Assembly: GCA_013265495.1 (NCBI GenBank)
Contig: MU058815.1
Span: 442,523-506,522, forward strand
Length of the DNA: 64,000 nucleotides
DNA from: Vicugna vicugna
Taxonomy: Eukaryota
Direction: 5' to 3'
Position numbers and translations under genes: made by a program. Below, in pieces: positions 12,714-25,429 of the stretch (position 1 is the stretch's first letter; each line of letters starts with the position of its first letter). Below the pieces are notes generated by a model that ran no database searches, was not told the DNA's origin, and saw only the letters and a list, made by a program, of their open reading frames with translations.

Positions 12714-13494
12714 TGCCCGAGGAAAGTTCTGAGTAACAGTGAGGGACAGGGATTCAACTCAGAACGGCCCTACTGGGCAAATGCAACGCCCACGTCTTGC
12801 TCTACAGAAAACTCCCCCAAGGGCGTGAGCTCTGCTTCCCGGGACGCTAACCCCCTACCCGGCTGGATTTCTTTCCCAAACTCTCCCCAAACCCTACTCC
12901 CTTCCAACCAGTCTACACTTTCACAAGTCCTGGGAGTTCCGGAAATCTGATTTTCATAAAGCTTTCACATACGAGGTCACTTGAATAGTCACAGAGACAG
13001 AAGGTCGTGGGTGCCAGGAGCTGGCAGGGAGAGCGGAACCGGAAGTTAGTGTTTAACTGGTTAGAGTTTACTAGATGAAGAGAGTTCTGGAGATGGATGG
13101 TGGCGACGCTTGCACAGCAGTGTGAATGCACTTATCAACGCCACGGCTGCCGCCAGCCCAGGTGCCAACCTGTGTGTTCACCCGGCCATGCTCCATGGTC
13201 AGGGCAGGAAAGACCAAAGCCGCAGACACAGAGCGCTGCAGAATTAAGTCAACTTCAAGTTCAGGAGATAAGATCTCAGGCATAAACTAGCCTCCTTTCA
13301 GCTCATTAGGGCAGCTTGCAGCTTGACAAAATTTCTTTTTCTCACCAAACATTAACATGACAGTATCCAAAGTGTGTTTGCAAAGAGGTTAAGCCTCCGA
13401 AAAAGTTCAGTTCAACGTTGTTCAGCAAATCAACTGCTAGAATGAGACTAAATTCCAAAGAGATACGCATACAGTACAATTCTATTCCTGTCCA

Positions 13495-13900
13495 GTAGTT
13501 AGGATGTTTGGGGCTCTGGGTGTGACAAAAAATCCTAACCATAAGGGTTCTTACTTAGAAAGAGGTCAGCAGGGAGGGGGCCAGTGACTTCACTGAGGCC
13601 CAAGGCTCTATCTGTCCATCCCATCATGGTTAGCAGTGAGCTTTGCACTTCCCCGTTGGTCACTTCACAGTCATAGATGGCAGCTCCAGGGATCACATCA
13701 CACTAGCTACCAGCAGTAAAGGAGGGGCAGCGGCCAAACGCCTTCCCCACTAGAATCTTCTTATTCCTGGAAGAAGCCCCTCCTTCCCTCACGTCTCATT
13801 GGTCAGAATCAGGAGACGGGCCGGCCCCAGGCCAATCAGTGGCAGAGGATGTGATTGCCATGAGAGGTCTTGGCCAACCAAGACTAGCCGACAGGTGGGC
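13495..13900 (-). mobile_element. MLT1 (MaLR) LTR remnant
   Basis: tagttaggatgtttggg...agatggcagctccaggg...tctcattggtcagaatc, typical of old MLT1. Confidence 0.55.
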
Positions 13901-16541
13901 CATGGGCTGTGGCTGAGGTCAGAGCCTCACCCAGCTCCAGGACACCTGAACGCTGGCTGCAAGAAAGAGGGACAAGACAGGGAAGGCAGGGCAAAACTCA
14001 CCCAGGGCTGTCCTCCAGTTTCTTCTGCTGTTTTCTGGATTATAACATCGGAGGTCTACTCAGCATCGCCACTTAAGAGCCAGTCTGCCTCCTCTCACAG
14101 CCACAGGTGGTTCCCTCCCCCATCCATGTCAGAACACCTCCAGTCCCCGCAGGCAGCATCTGACCTCCGGACTCCGGACTGCTTCTAGGCTCATTCAAAC
14201 AGCGGGACCACCATCCTAGGAGCAGTGGCAGTGGCCTTCCACACCTGCTACTCCCAGGAGTTGCGAACACCGTAGCAGCCAGCCTGTGTCTGCCCCTTTG
14301 TGACAGAGAATCCGAGGTTCTGCGACCTCCACCTCACACAGGGGCGTGAAGTAAACACAGGACTGTGACTGCTACACGTGGCCAACAGACCGCCTGCGCA
14401 CATGGCTTGTCATCATGGAAGAAGGTGGGGGCCCACAGGCAGGTGCTCAGACCCCCCGGGCAGCTTTCGAGTGTTTCTGCTCCATCCTGTCTCTTTCAGC
14501 ACAGACTGTCCAGGGGGAAATCCCGGACCATCCTTCTAACCAGAGTCCATCTCTCTCTCTCTCTGGCACCCTCGGGAGAGGAGTTCAATACATTTCTGCT
14601 TCCCTGTAGGGAACGGAGGCAGGGGATGGGAAGGGCAGGCTGCTAGCTTAGGTCCTAGAACCGAGTGTCCAGCAATCCTTAACGTCTCTACCTCAATCGC
14701 ATCACAGCATCTGCTAACAAGAGACTCGAAGAGTCAAGTCTCTGAAAGTCAGGAAGCCCCGCGGCCTCTGGGATGGGAATGAAGTCACGTCTTGGCTAAG
14801 ACTGGCTCCACGCAGGAGACCAAGAAAGGAGGGCGGGGAGGCGCTTCCCAGGAACCACTGCTGACTTGATCAAATCATGGGAATCTGTCCCCTTGGCCAC
14901 TAATCATCCTGGCACCTGGAATTCTTCCATGGTCTTACCAGATGTCCAGAACTCTGGAATGAAAACGCGAAGTCATGAATAACCCGACGAGGATTTCAAG
15001 TACTGTTAGTTCATTCTGTCCAGGGGCAGCGTCCATGACTTCTCTGCTGGTGAATTCCTTAATCTAGCCGAGCACTTCTCCCTCGTGCAATGCCACGTGC
15101 AACCAGCCCCATCTCTCCACTTCCCTGCACCCTCCCCAAAGCCTCAGCTGGGCACCTCCCGCCCACAGAGTAACCCTGAGGGACCCTGGCCCCCGCCCAC
15201 CCCTGTCCCTCAGCTTTTTCCTCATGACCCCTCTTCCATCTGCTTGACTTCAAATCTACATCCCCTCCATTAAAAATCAGAATTTTAACCATCAGCCAGC
15301 GAATCTCATCGGCTTGCATTAGGGTCACTGTTCTCTTTGTGGTCATTCAGACCTCAATCAAAGCATCCCCAAGTGACCACGACTGTGCTTGGGGCCCTTT
15401 CCTATGCCCTCACACCAGGTATTCCTTAATTTTTTTTAAAAAAAGAGGTTTTTAAGAAGAGAAACGTGGCAACACTCTTTTAGAATGTGAACCAGTCATA
15501 GAAATGGCACTGAACTACTGCGTGCTCCCGAGAAACAGGCAGAAGAGGGCAGAAAACTACAGGAGGCCCCCAGCATGGGAGAAGGACCCTCTTCAGGGTC
15601 TTTAAAAAGAACAGGCTTCTCTGGGCTCAAGGTTTTCCCATCCTCAGATGGAAACTATCTGCCGCCTCTGAGTCTCGGGGAAGAAATAAAACCACAAGAC
15701 GCTGTGTCTTCCATAATTCTTGACTCTGACTCCTTCCCAGTGGCTCCAAAATTAATTCCCCGTGTTTATTCAAGTGTCGCTTATCTGTTTCATCACCAAC
15801 CATCCGTCGACGGCCATTAATTTCCTCCTGACCCCAACGCATTCCTCCCACTCTGCTGAAGCAGTTTGAGCGCGACCCCTTAGCACACAGCCCTTTTAGG
15901 TCTGGCGTGGATTTCAAATTCCCTCTTCAAAGGGAATCCAGGTTCCATCTTTCACGCTGTCAGGTTCCCCGCCCCCCCCACCCCCGCTGCTCTGGTCTGC
16001 AGCTTTCTGAACTCTTGAGCCACCACTATGTAAAAATCAACTCAAGAAAAAGAATCCAAAACCCAGATACTGAGCAGGAGGGGGAAGACATCTGGGGAGA
16101 AGCTACCCAGAAAGAGGTTTTGTGGGGAAACAATCAATCCCGAGGCTCGAGTCTGGGGGCACCGCTCACTGCGGAACAGGTGGGAAGACTGTGCTCTCAC
16201 TGTTAAGGGCAGCGGTGGGCCAACCTCCTGGACCTTGTGGATTTCCTCCTGGACCTCGGTGCTGAAGGAGATGGGATGAAGCAGAAACACTAGAAAGCCG
16301 CGGGGGGGGGGGTCTGAGCGCCTAATACCTGTTCGCGGGCCCCCACCTTCTTCCAAAGCAGGAGCAGAGCCGACTCCCTGCTGCTTCTGAGCTGCAAGAC
16401 GGACGGGCCAGCTCAGCTCTGCAGCACCGAGGATGCGGCTGACACTCAGAAAATGCCCGGGGGCGTCTTCAAAGAGTTAGCCCGGCTCTCTTAAACAACA
16501 GCAATCTGTCCAAGGCAGGGAATAGCAAGCGATGGTGAGGA

Positions 16542-17043
16542 TGTGGAGAGACTGGCTTTAGCCCTGTGCCCCCTTTTCTAGGCCCAGTCCTGCTCCCTCT
16601 GCACCTTTTGTAAAACAACGTTGCCTTTTGCTTGAAATCTACAGGAGAGCCTGTTCTCAAGGCTCTGGCCTTCAAGGATGTTAGCACTTCTGCACTTACA
16701 GAAAGATAACAAGTTGCAGAACAGAAAATAAGGTTTGTTTTGCTGGAGGATTTACAGGGGCACCATGACCTGGCCCACGTGGACAGCTGCAAAAACAAAG
16801 GATTCCAAGAACAAAGAATTCCTACACCAAGAAGTTTGCAACAACCAACCACACTCCCTCCCCTTTTTAGTGTAAAAGGAGCCTGAATTCTGACTTGGGG
16901 AAGATGGTTCTCCAGGATGTCAGTCCCCCATCTCCTCAGTCGGCCAGCTTTCTGAATAAAGTCGCTGTGCCTTGCCCCAACACCTCGTCTCCCAGCTTAC
17001 CGGCCTGCCATGCGGTGAGCAGAGCGAGTCTGGACTCAGTACT
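16542..17043 (+). mobile_element. ERV1-like solo LTR
   Basis: About 500 bp; degenerate TATA (tgtaaaa 16871-16877), AATAAA 16955-16960, U5-like end gcggtgagcagagcgagtctggactcagtac; no internal ERV sequence. Boundaries approximate. Confidence 0.7.
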
Positions 17044-17049
17044 TCCACA

Positions 17050-17870
17050 CGTGTTCAGCAGTAGCAGGGAAGACGCCATGACCCAGGTGACCAGCATCCG
17101 TGATGAGTCATGGTGACAGCGTGCCCCTTAGATGTGATGTGTTGAGAAGGGCACCCAGGCTCTGTGATCTCCTGCCCAGAACTCGCAAGCCCAATCTAAT
17201 CACGAGAAAAACATCAGACACACCGCAGGTGAGGGACACTCGACAAACTACCTGACCAGGACTCCTCAAACTGTCCGGGTCGTCCAGAACGGGTCTGAGA
17301 AACTGTCACAGCCAGGAGGAGCCTAAGGGCACGTGACAGCTGAAGGGAAAGTGGGGTCCTGGAACAGAAAAAGGTCCCTGGATGCACACTAAGACATGTG
17401 AACACGGCATGGACTTCAGTCGGAGTCATTAATTTGAGAAATGCACGGTCATGGTGTAAGACGTTGAAAATGAGAGAAATGGAGTGTGGGCTACAGGGGG
17501 ACTCTCTGGACTGTCTTTGCACTTTTGCTCTGAATTTAAAGCTGCTCTTAAATAAAGAATTTACTTTCGTTTTAAAAAAGGAATGAAGAACTGATAACGA
17601 TAAAAGCAGCCAGTCACGAAAGGCCGCCTATTGTGGGAGTCCACTTATTTGAAATATCCAAATCAGGGAAATCCAGACTGAAAGTAGATGGTTGGCTGGC
17701 TGCCAGGGCCGGGGGGGGCGGGGTTTCTTCTGGGGGTGATAAAAACGTTCTTACACTGGCTGCAGGGACAGAGGCACAACTCGGTAAATAAATCTAAAAA
17801 ACCACTGAACTGTCTGCTTTCAAATGCCACGGCACGAGAATCGTATAAAGCTTTTACGAGTATTAAAAGG
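17050..17870 (+). mobile_element. Old L1 (L1MC/L1ME-like) 3' fragments
   Basis: cccaatctaatcacgagaaaaacatcagac...gggtcctggaacagaaaaag; then gcagccagtcacgaaaggcc...aaaaccactgaactgt. Confidence 0.7.
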
Positions 17871-18100
17871 AATCAAACAGAGGGAAGGGAGAATCAGACA
17901 CAACTGCTCCTCTTCAGCCTTTTCCAAATGACTAGACCTTATTTTTTTTTAGAGCCATTTGAGTTTAGGGAAAAAGTAGCAGAAAGCAGGGAGCTCCCAG
18001 GTACTTCCCCTCCCACAGGAGGCCCTCCATGATTTCCCCCGTTTATTTACATCTTGCCTTGTTGCGGTATATTTGTTTAATGAGTTAATGAAACAATACA

Positions 18101-18228
18101 GATACAAGATTGTCAACTCAGGTCTGTAGTTCCATTAAGGTTCACTCTTAGTGTTAAGAGTTATTGGGGCTGAACACAAAAGAGTGAACCTTAATGGAAC
18201 TATGGACCTGAGTTGACAATCTTGTATC
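18101..18228. repeat. Near-perfect inverted repeat (49-bp arms, 47/49 identical)
   Basis: Arm 18101-18149 is the reverse complement of 18180-18228 except at one dinucleotide; 30-bp partly paired spacer. Confidence 0.97.
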
Positions 18229-18230
18229 AA

Positions 18231-18331
18231 TATAGCTCAGCGGAGCGCGTGCTTCACATGCACAAGGACCTGGGTTCAATCCCCAGTACCTCCATTAAAA
18301 ATAATAATAATAATAATTAATAATAATAATG

Positions 18332-18366
<35 letters not shown>

Positions 18367-18395
18367 TAAACATAATTACCTCCTCTCCAAACAAA
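18231..18395 (+). mobile_element. Slightly 5'-truncated Vic-1-like SINE with (AAT)n expansion
   Basis: tatagctcag...cctgggttcaatccccagtacctccattaaaa, (AAT)n about 18300-18362, then aataaacataattacctcc. Confidence 0.88.
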
Positions 18396-19941
18396 GTCAA
18401 TTATATCTCAATAAACCTGGGGAAAAGCACAAAAAAATTTTTTTAAGTTATAGGGGTTTTAACCAATGCCTGAGTCATACGCTTGCCATTACAGTATCAT
18501 ACAGACTAGTTTCGTTGCCCTAAAAATCCACCTATTCGTCCCCACCTTCCTCCCTAACCCATGACAACCACTGGTCTTTCTATTTGGCCTCTTCCAGAAC
18601 GTCATGTGGTTGGGGTCAGTGTGTGGGTCAGAAGCCTTTTTAGACTGGCTTCTTTCACTTACTGTTCAGCCGTTTTTGACCTACAAAGGCAACGACTGCA
18701 CACCATTCATCTAAACTCACAGAATTACGTTCCTTCAGGTAGACACAAAGACCTAGGTATACATATGCACATAAATACACGTGGACACACATCCACGTCT
18801 GTGTGTGCACACTGAGAACGTCAGGGGCCTGGGCCACCCAGAGCAGGCTGGGGGTGCGGCAGTGAGAGAGGCGGCCGCTGTCCTGTCCTCAGGGAGCTTA
18901 CGGTCCAGCAGGGGGGTCAGGGCCCAGAGACCACCTGGGACACAGGCCCAGAGAGGGCTCACACCATGTTCAGCGCGGGGGACCCGAGACGAGGACACAG
19001 ACAGACACACGGAAGCGGCATCTTCTGGAGGCAGGAGTGGCCAGGCAGGCCGAGGTGGGGGGTCCTGGGCAGACGAGGTGGGCCTGCAGGCTGAGGGCAC
19101 TCCCCGTGTGGGGTGCTAAGGAGAGCACCCAGACAGGTGAGGCGAGTAGGGGGCACCTCCCACTCGTGCCCCAGCGACAACGGGACACAGCACAGAGCTT
19201 GCTGGTCAGCTTTATGACCAGAAACCTCATTGCTGCATCAAGCTGCAATCTGTCCCAGTACCTCTCCCAGTGACCCTACCGTCCCTTCCTACGTTCCCCT
19301 TAGAAGCCAAAGCACACGGGCCCGCTGGGCGCGCTCTCCCACGGAACCGACTTCAAGGGCCCAAGGGTGGCCCGACCCCGGGCTGCCCATAAATCCCCTT
19401 GAACTCCTGCACACGTGGGGCTCCCGACCCCAAACACTTCTGGGGTGGTTTAAAGTGAGATGGAGGAAAAAATCTCCTGCTCGCTTTCAGGAGATCTTTT
19501 AACAACGTCTGAAAGCTGGAACCCAGGAGACTGCAATTTTTGTGGCTGAAAATGGTCAGAGGCAGTCCGTCGCATACGGTGCAACCTCCTACCTCGTCCA
19601 AACAGGCACAAGGGACGGAATGTTCTGCAACCCGATAGCCGTGATGGCTGTGTGAGTCTGTGACCATCCTCAGAAACGGTGCCCTGTCCAGGCTGAAAGG
19701 GAATTTTATGGTTTGTGGACTCCAGCTCCATCACTCTGTTGTTAAAATAAAAGGGGCAGGGAGCACTTGCAAAATGTCCTGAGCACGTGATTTGCGGTCA
19801 GACGCAAGAGGCTTGCTTACACATAGCAGAAAGTGCTCTCATCGCAGATGGATGAAGTTGAAAGAAAAAAATAGGGCAGAATCAGCCGTCAGCCCCCTCT
19901 GGCCCCCGTCAGGCCCAGAGCCTGAGTTTCTGTCGCCATTT

Positions 19942-20066
19942 CCAGGTCTTCCCTGGATCCCAGTTCCCAGTTCTCCCCTAGATCCCACGGTGGTCACAGT
20001 GGTCACTCCCAGGTCTTCCCTGGATCCCAATTCCCAGTTCTCCCCTAGATCCCACAGTGGTCACTC
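19942..20066. repeat. Two-copy tandem duplication (58-bp unit)
   Basis: Copy 1 at 19942-20008 (with an extra 9-bp internal repeat); copy 2 at 20009-20066. Confidence 0.92.
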
Positions 20067-21667
20067 TCCAGAGTCCACATCCCCCACTGACCTGATTTTC
20101 CAGGCCCTGCCTCTGGACACAGTCACACTGACTAGAATTTTACATCATTTTTAAATGAGCGTAATCCAGCTTCAGAACTACATTGGAAAGTCTCTAAGGA
20201 CAAATACTGTATCATAAACGAACTTCTTCATGTGGCCGAGGCAGCAGGCACTCAGTGAGTGTTCCTTTTAGCGACTGCTGATAATTAGGGTCCTTACACC
20301 AGGGCGCCTGCTTTTTACACAGCTGACTTCTCTGGCAACCAGAACGCCTCAGCCCAAGCGTATGACAGGATGTGCTCTGGGTTCGCATATGAGCCTCTTT
20401 TCTTTGAGTCCGTTCTTTCTTTAAATACCAAATTCATCCAGTATAAATTCATATTAAAGCAAAGGCCAGCTTGTAAAAATAACAGCTCAATAAACCCACA
20501 GCTCCCTCTCTGTCTCCGAGCACAGGACCATCCGAACAACTAACCAGAGATTTATGACCTTCCAAATATTCCTCCACCTCCCCCTCGCTGCCAGGATTAA
20601 CGTTACTCAGAAATCTCAGAGGATCATTTCACATGTTTAACGGCCTTGTGTAGTTTTTTTTTTTCCATCCTACCAAACATGGACCTGGGTTCCTACAATA
20701 CCAATTTAGCTAAGTCTCTGGATGGACTTTTGACAGTTGGCAATATAAATTCTCACTCCAGCTGCTTCCAGTGCGCTCAGGTCTCTACGCCTGCCAGGTG
20801 GAGCTGGGGAGGTCGCGGGGGTGGGGGTGGGGCGGACTCGGGCCCCCAAGTCTTAGATTCTGCTTCTTACGACCTCAGTGGAAGGTTCCCCTGCGCCCCT
20901 TGGAGTGTGTACTGGGCACTACTGAGGGGAATCGAGGGAGAGAAGAAGTGATTATCAGCCCCAATATTTACTAAACAAGCACTTTCTGAAAGATTTTTGA
21001 CAAGCTGGTTGGGACCCCTCTGAGCAGTCTACACCTGCCCCACGAGACCACCTACCCCGAATGTCTGCAAGTGACCAAAGGCCCCTGCCCTGGCTCCCGT
21101 AAATACAATTCAACCCCTAACGTTAAAGACGACACTGTGTGTTAAATGAAAGGCTTAAGAGATTTCTTTCCCCTTTGGAGTAACTCCTAAAATGTTAGGA
21201 AAAAAACTCATCATTAGTGAGTTACACGTGAGATTATACAGTGTCACGATTATTAGGACCTGCTCTGTTTCAGGTGCTTCTCCAAGAGCCTGGGGGATCT
21301 GTCAACAAAGGGGAGGAGAGTCTCGGCCCTGGGGCTGGGAATCAGACAGAAAAGGGCACGTCCTAAACAGATCAGGTAGATGGTGTGTTCAAAGGGACGA
21401 AGTTATGGACAAAAATGGGAGGTGGAACCCGGCAGGGGCACCAAGGAGAGATGCAACGTGAACACAGTTCAGTTATCGTGGCCGCAGACCACGTGGCTCC
21501 CCACCGGACAGGGCGGCCACAGGACAACGCACACCCCGGGCATCCTGACACTACATTCCAGAAACATCGAAGGTCAGAGGATTTGCAGCTGGTGAATCTA
21601 AGACTTTGGGAGGAAAACAGTTCTGGAGCCCACAGGCTGGGGAAGAAAGCCAGAGCTGAACGAACAC

Positions 21668-21862
21668 TTTCTTTTTTTTTTTTCTCTAATACATTTGATT
21701 TTTTAAAATTTATTTTATTACATTTTTGCTTGTTTTGTTTGGGGAAGAGGGGGATAATTAGGTGTACTGATCTATTTATTTGTTAATGAAGGTGCTGGGG
21801 ATTGAATCCAGGCCCTCCTGCGTGCTCAGCACGCACTCTACCACTGAGCTGCACCCTCCCCC
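21668..21862 (-). mobile_element. Vic-1-like SINE
   Basis: Reverse complement of the tRNA-Ala head (gctggggattgaatccagg...gcactctaccactgagctgcaccctcccc); approximate TSD acgaa..c.ttctt. Confidence 0.88.
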
Positions 21863-22584
21863 ACGAATGCCTTCTTCCTAACATTTACACCAAAAGCACT
21901 GAAGACAACTCACTGGAGGACCACAAAAATTATACTGTTTATCAATTTCTTATCACTTATTTTAGGCTGACAACTGTGACTTTAACACTTTACCTCGATC
22001 TACAATTTGATCAAAGCACTTAGATATCTGTGGCTCATTAGCAACAACACACACGAAGGAGCCTGTCTCTGGACTGTATGCCTTCCAACAGGTACACCTT
22101 TCCGATTTGGGAGAGTCGGGCCCCTGTGGACACAGAGATGGAAGGACAGACACCAGGACTCCGTAGGTGGCGAAAGGACTGGACGAGCTGCCCTGCGGTG
22201 ACTCCTCCGGAGAAAGCTGAGGGCGGCACAGGGGGACATGGGTGCCCTCCTCTCCCTCGAATTTTACAAGAAGCTCTGCTTTCCCACATCCCACTGCACG
22301 CCACACTTTGCCCCATCGAATGCGGATACCCTTCATTTCCCCCTGCAGTCCATCCTGGCCACACTGACGACCACTAATCCTTTCCAGTTCTCCCCAAATC
22401 ATTATCCCACCACCTGCACTGTGGACAAACAGCCGGGTGTTCCACGGCCCACAGGGACATCTTGGGGTGCGTGCGGGCTTTGGCCCTCCATGGTGGAAGC
22501 TGACCAGCCCCCCTTCCCCTCCTCTGTGTCCCGTCCCCAGCACCAGGAATCCCGCGCTCAGCCTGGGGACGGGGCTGAAGGCAG

Positions 22585-22635
22585 GTGACCTCTGGTTTGA
22601 AAGCACCCATCAGAATCCCCTGGAGAGCTTGTAAA

Positions 22636-22689
<54 letters not shown>

Positions 22690-22815
22690 GCTGAGCCTCA
22701 GCTCAGTTTCTGACTAGGGAGGTTCTGGGGCAGGTCCACGAGCGCACCTTGCTAACGCATTGCTAACACGCTCCCAGGAGCTGCCGGTGCAGCTGATCCA
22801 GGGACCACACTGACA
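22585..22815. mobile_element. MER5A-like hAT remnant containing a (CA)n microsatellite (22638-22686)
   Basis: catcagaatcccctggagagcttgtaaa...gctgatccagggaccacactga. Confidence 0.7.
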
Positions 22816-23617
22816 CCATCACCGCCGTGGAATCTGGTTTTCCGGAAAAGGACACCCTCACAGCAGCCGGCATCTGTTCATCTTGCAGACATTAGCTCAC
22901 ACAGCCCTCAGGAACGCACTTCCCAAGACACAGCCTTCCACTAATGAGACCAAAGCCCCCCCACAGGTACTCCGCCCTCACCTAGGACAGGTGAGCCACC
23001 TGGGCCAGGTCCCCGGAGATGCTCTCTGCCTCTGGACTGCGGGTGCACACGCACCGGCTTGCTTTCGGTGCCTGATCTAAACACCCGCTTCTTCTCAAAC
23101 TTATGACTCATGTGCACAAGCCCCAGTTCCCAATTCCCTCTCCATCATTATTCCCTGACCCCAAATGCACACACATACCTAAGTTTTTCTTGGATAGCGG
23201 CAAATCTATAGACAGGCAATCGATGTGAACTCAGACTTGAAATAACAGTGATCCTATCAGGAGGGCTGGTGAGAGATGAAACCTCGCTCCCCAAACCTAT
23301 TCATTCCACAGAATGTGGGGGTCAGATCCCAACATGTGACCCCATTCTGGATGCAACAGCGATGGATACCCGTGCAGAAAAGCCATGAATAGGGCCTCAG
23401 AGAAAGGCTTTCCCTCTTTACGAGGAACAATAACTTGGCTTCCATTCCACACACGCTGCCTAATTTCTCCTGCAACTAACTTCCTATCCCTGCGAAGACC
23501 TTCTGTATCCTTCCAGCACGGATTTAAAACATTTCGATAGCAGGTGAATTTTTAAACCTACAGTCATCATCACGGCCACTGGTTATCCCTGCTGCTAGGT
23601 GTAGAAATCCATCTATC

Positions 23618-23722
23618 ATTTTTTTTTCTTTTACTGAAGTACAGTCAGTCACAATGTGTCGATTTCTGGTGTGCAGCACAATGTCCCCGCCATGCATATA
23701 CATACGTATATTCATTTTCATA
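23618..23722 (-). mobile_element. Short L1 3' terminus with perfect 15-bp TSD
   Basis: agaaatccatctatc at 23603-23617 and 23723-23737, flanking a T-tailed L1 end. Confidence 0.92.
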
Positions 23723-23761
23723 AGAAATCCATCTATCTTTATAAAAGATCTAGTGTGTTAT

Positions 23762-24115
23762 GTCTGGGTAAACCTTGAGGACCATATGCTGAGTGAAATA
23801 ACCCAGGCGTGGAAAGGACAAATACTGTATGATGCCACTTAGATGAGGAACACACAGCAGTCAAATTCCTAAAGAGAGAAAGCAGAATGGTGGGTGCCAG
23901 GGGTTAGGGATGGGGGTGTAGGCACTTAGTGTTTAATGGGGACAGAGTTTTAACTGTGCAAGATGAAAAGTTCTGGAGAATGGATGACAGTGACGGTTTA
24001 TGCAACAGTGACGATGGACTTAAGCCACTGAACTGTGCCTTTAAAATGGTTTTAAGATGCCGAATTTCATGTTATGCTTCACGGGTATTTTACCACAATT
24101 TTAAAACATGGAAAA
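23762..24115 (+). mobile_element. L1MB-like 3' end
   Basis: aaccttgaggaccatatgctgagtgaaataacccagg...gtttaatggggacagagtt...gccactgaactgt. Confidence 0.8.
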
Positions 24116-25429
24116 TAATAAATTTTTCAACATGGAATTAATAAATTTTTCTTAAAAAGGGTGGGATGTCACTGGAGTTGGTGAAACGGCTCTCTTTTGC
24201 CCCATTTCGCAGGCCAGACTCAGCCTAAGAGAGCAAAGCAATCCTTTTGGGGACCATAACTGTTGCCTGGACACCCACATTGTGTCCTGGCCAGAACGGC
24301 CATCATTAAAAAGTCTACGAATATTACAGTTGAGCGGAGGAGACAAAGGCAACTTGGTAACGGTGTGACCGGTAGAGAGAGGGGTTCCATCCTGCACAAT
24401 TGATCGTACAGGCAATCAACAGAACGAAGCAGCACCTACAGAAAGTAACGTTCAGAGACACAAAGGAATCCAGCATTGGGATTTGCCGCTGGACCCCTCA
24501 GAAGTTCTTTTCAACTCAACTTACATTCCAAACGCACCTCAACTCCCGATAAAAGATGGCAGAACAAAAGACGCTTTACTCTGCTTCCCTCACTGAATTT
24601 CTCCATTTTCAAGAAAACCCAAGAAGAGCCTCAACTCCAACCCACCAAAAAACTAGAAACTAACTCACGTCCACAAGCCTCTAGGGGAGAATGGGTGACC
24701 CTGCTACCCCCAGTGGCCCCCCCCAGCCCCACCCGACAACCCCCTCACCCAGGACTAAGGCCACTGCACCAGGAACTCCCCGACGCCTGGGTCCTACATT
24801 ACAGAAAACCGGGAGCAAAGGCGAAGGAAAGCCAAACAAATTTGCTACCTTGGTTTCAAACACCCAGACTTAGATCCAGCCGCTCAGCCTCACCAGGGCA
24901 CTAGGTTTAACTGGGAGCCTTGAAAACAATCTGTGCCCCAAGCCACACCCCAGCCAGTTCAATCAGAACCCTAAGAAGGGAGGGGGAAACCCAAACACCA
25001 TATTTTTAAGGCTGCCCAGAAAAGCAGAGGCTCTCATTAGAGTCCCTGGAAGCGTCTGTGACTCATGAAGAACTCCGGAAGCGAGTCCATCTGGCCAGCA
25101 AGGCTGAAAATCACTTAGCAGGAGCTGAGCAGGGAAAGGGTGGGCCTGCCGACGAGAAGCTGAGACGTGAGTGGTGCCCCAGAGAACACGGCTAACGGAA
25201 GAATGTAGACAAAGGTATAACAGATGAAAACGAAATCAAGGAAGACATAATTAACTTGCACAATGGGTCCCAAGAAAAATGGAAACAGATCAGTCATTAT
25301 CAGGGCACGAACTGGCAAAGTTACTCAGTTTCAGGAATTTATTATATTTGCTGGGCCAATCTTCACCCTTCTTTTTATTGTTTTACCTTCTGGTCATTTG
25401 GATTTCGATAGGTATGTTACATAAAAGTC

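Larger units (their letters stand above)
17940..18665 (-). mobile_element. L1MC-like 3' end interrupted by a composite insertion
   Basis: tttagagccatttgagtttagggaaaaag...aaggttcactct, resuming at ttttaaccaatgc...ccattacagtatcatacag...ttccagaacgtcat. Confidence 0.75.
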
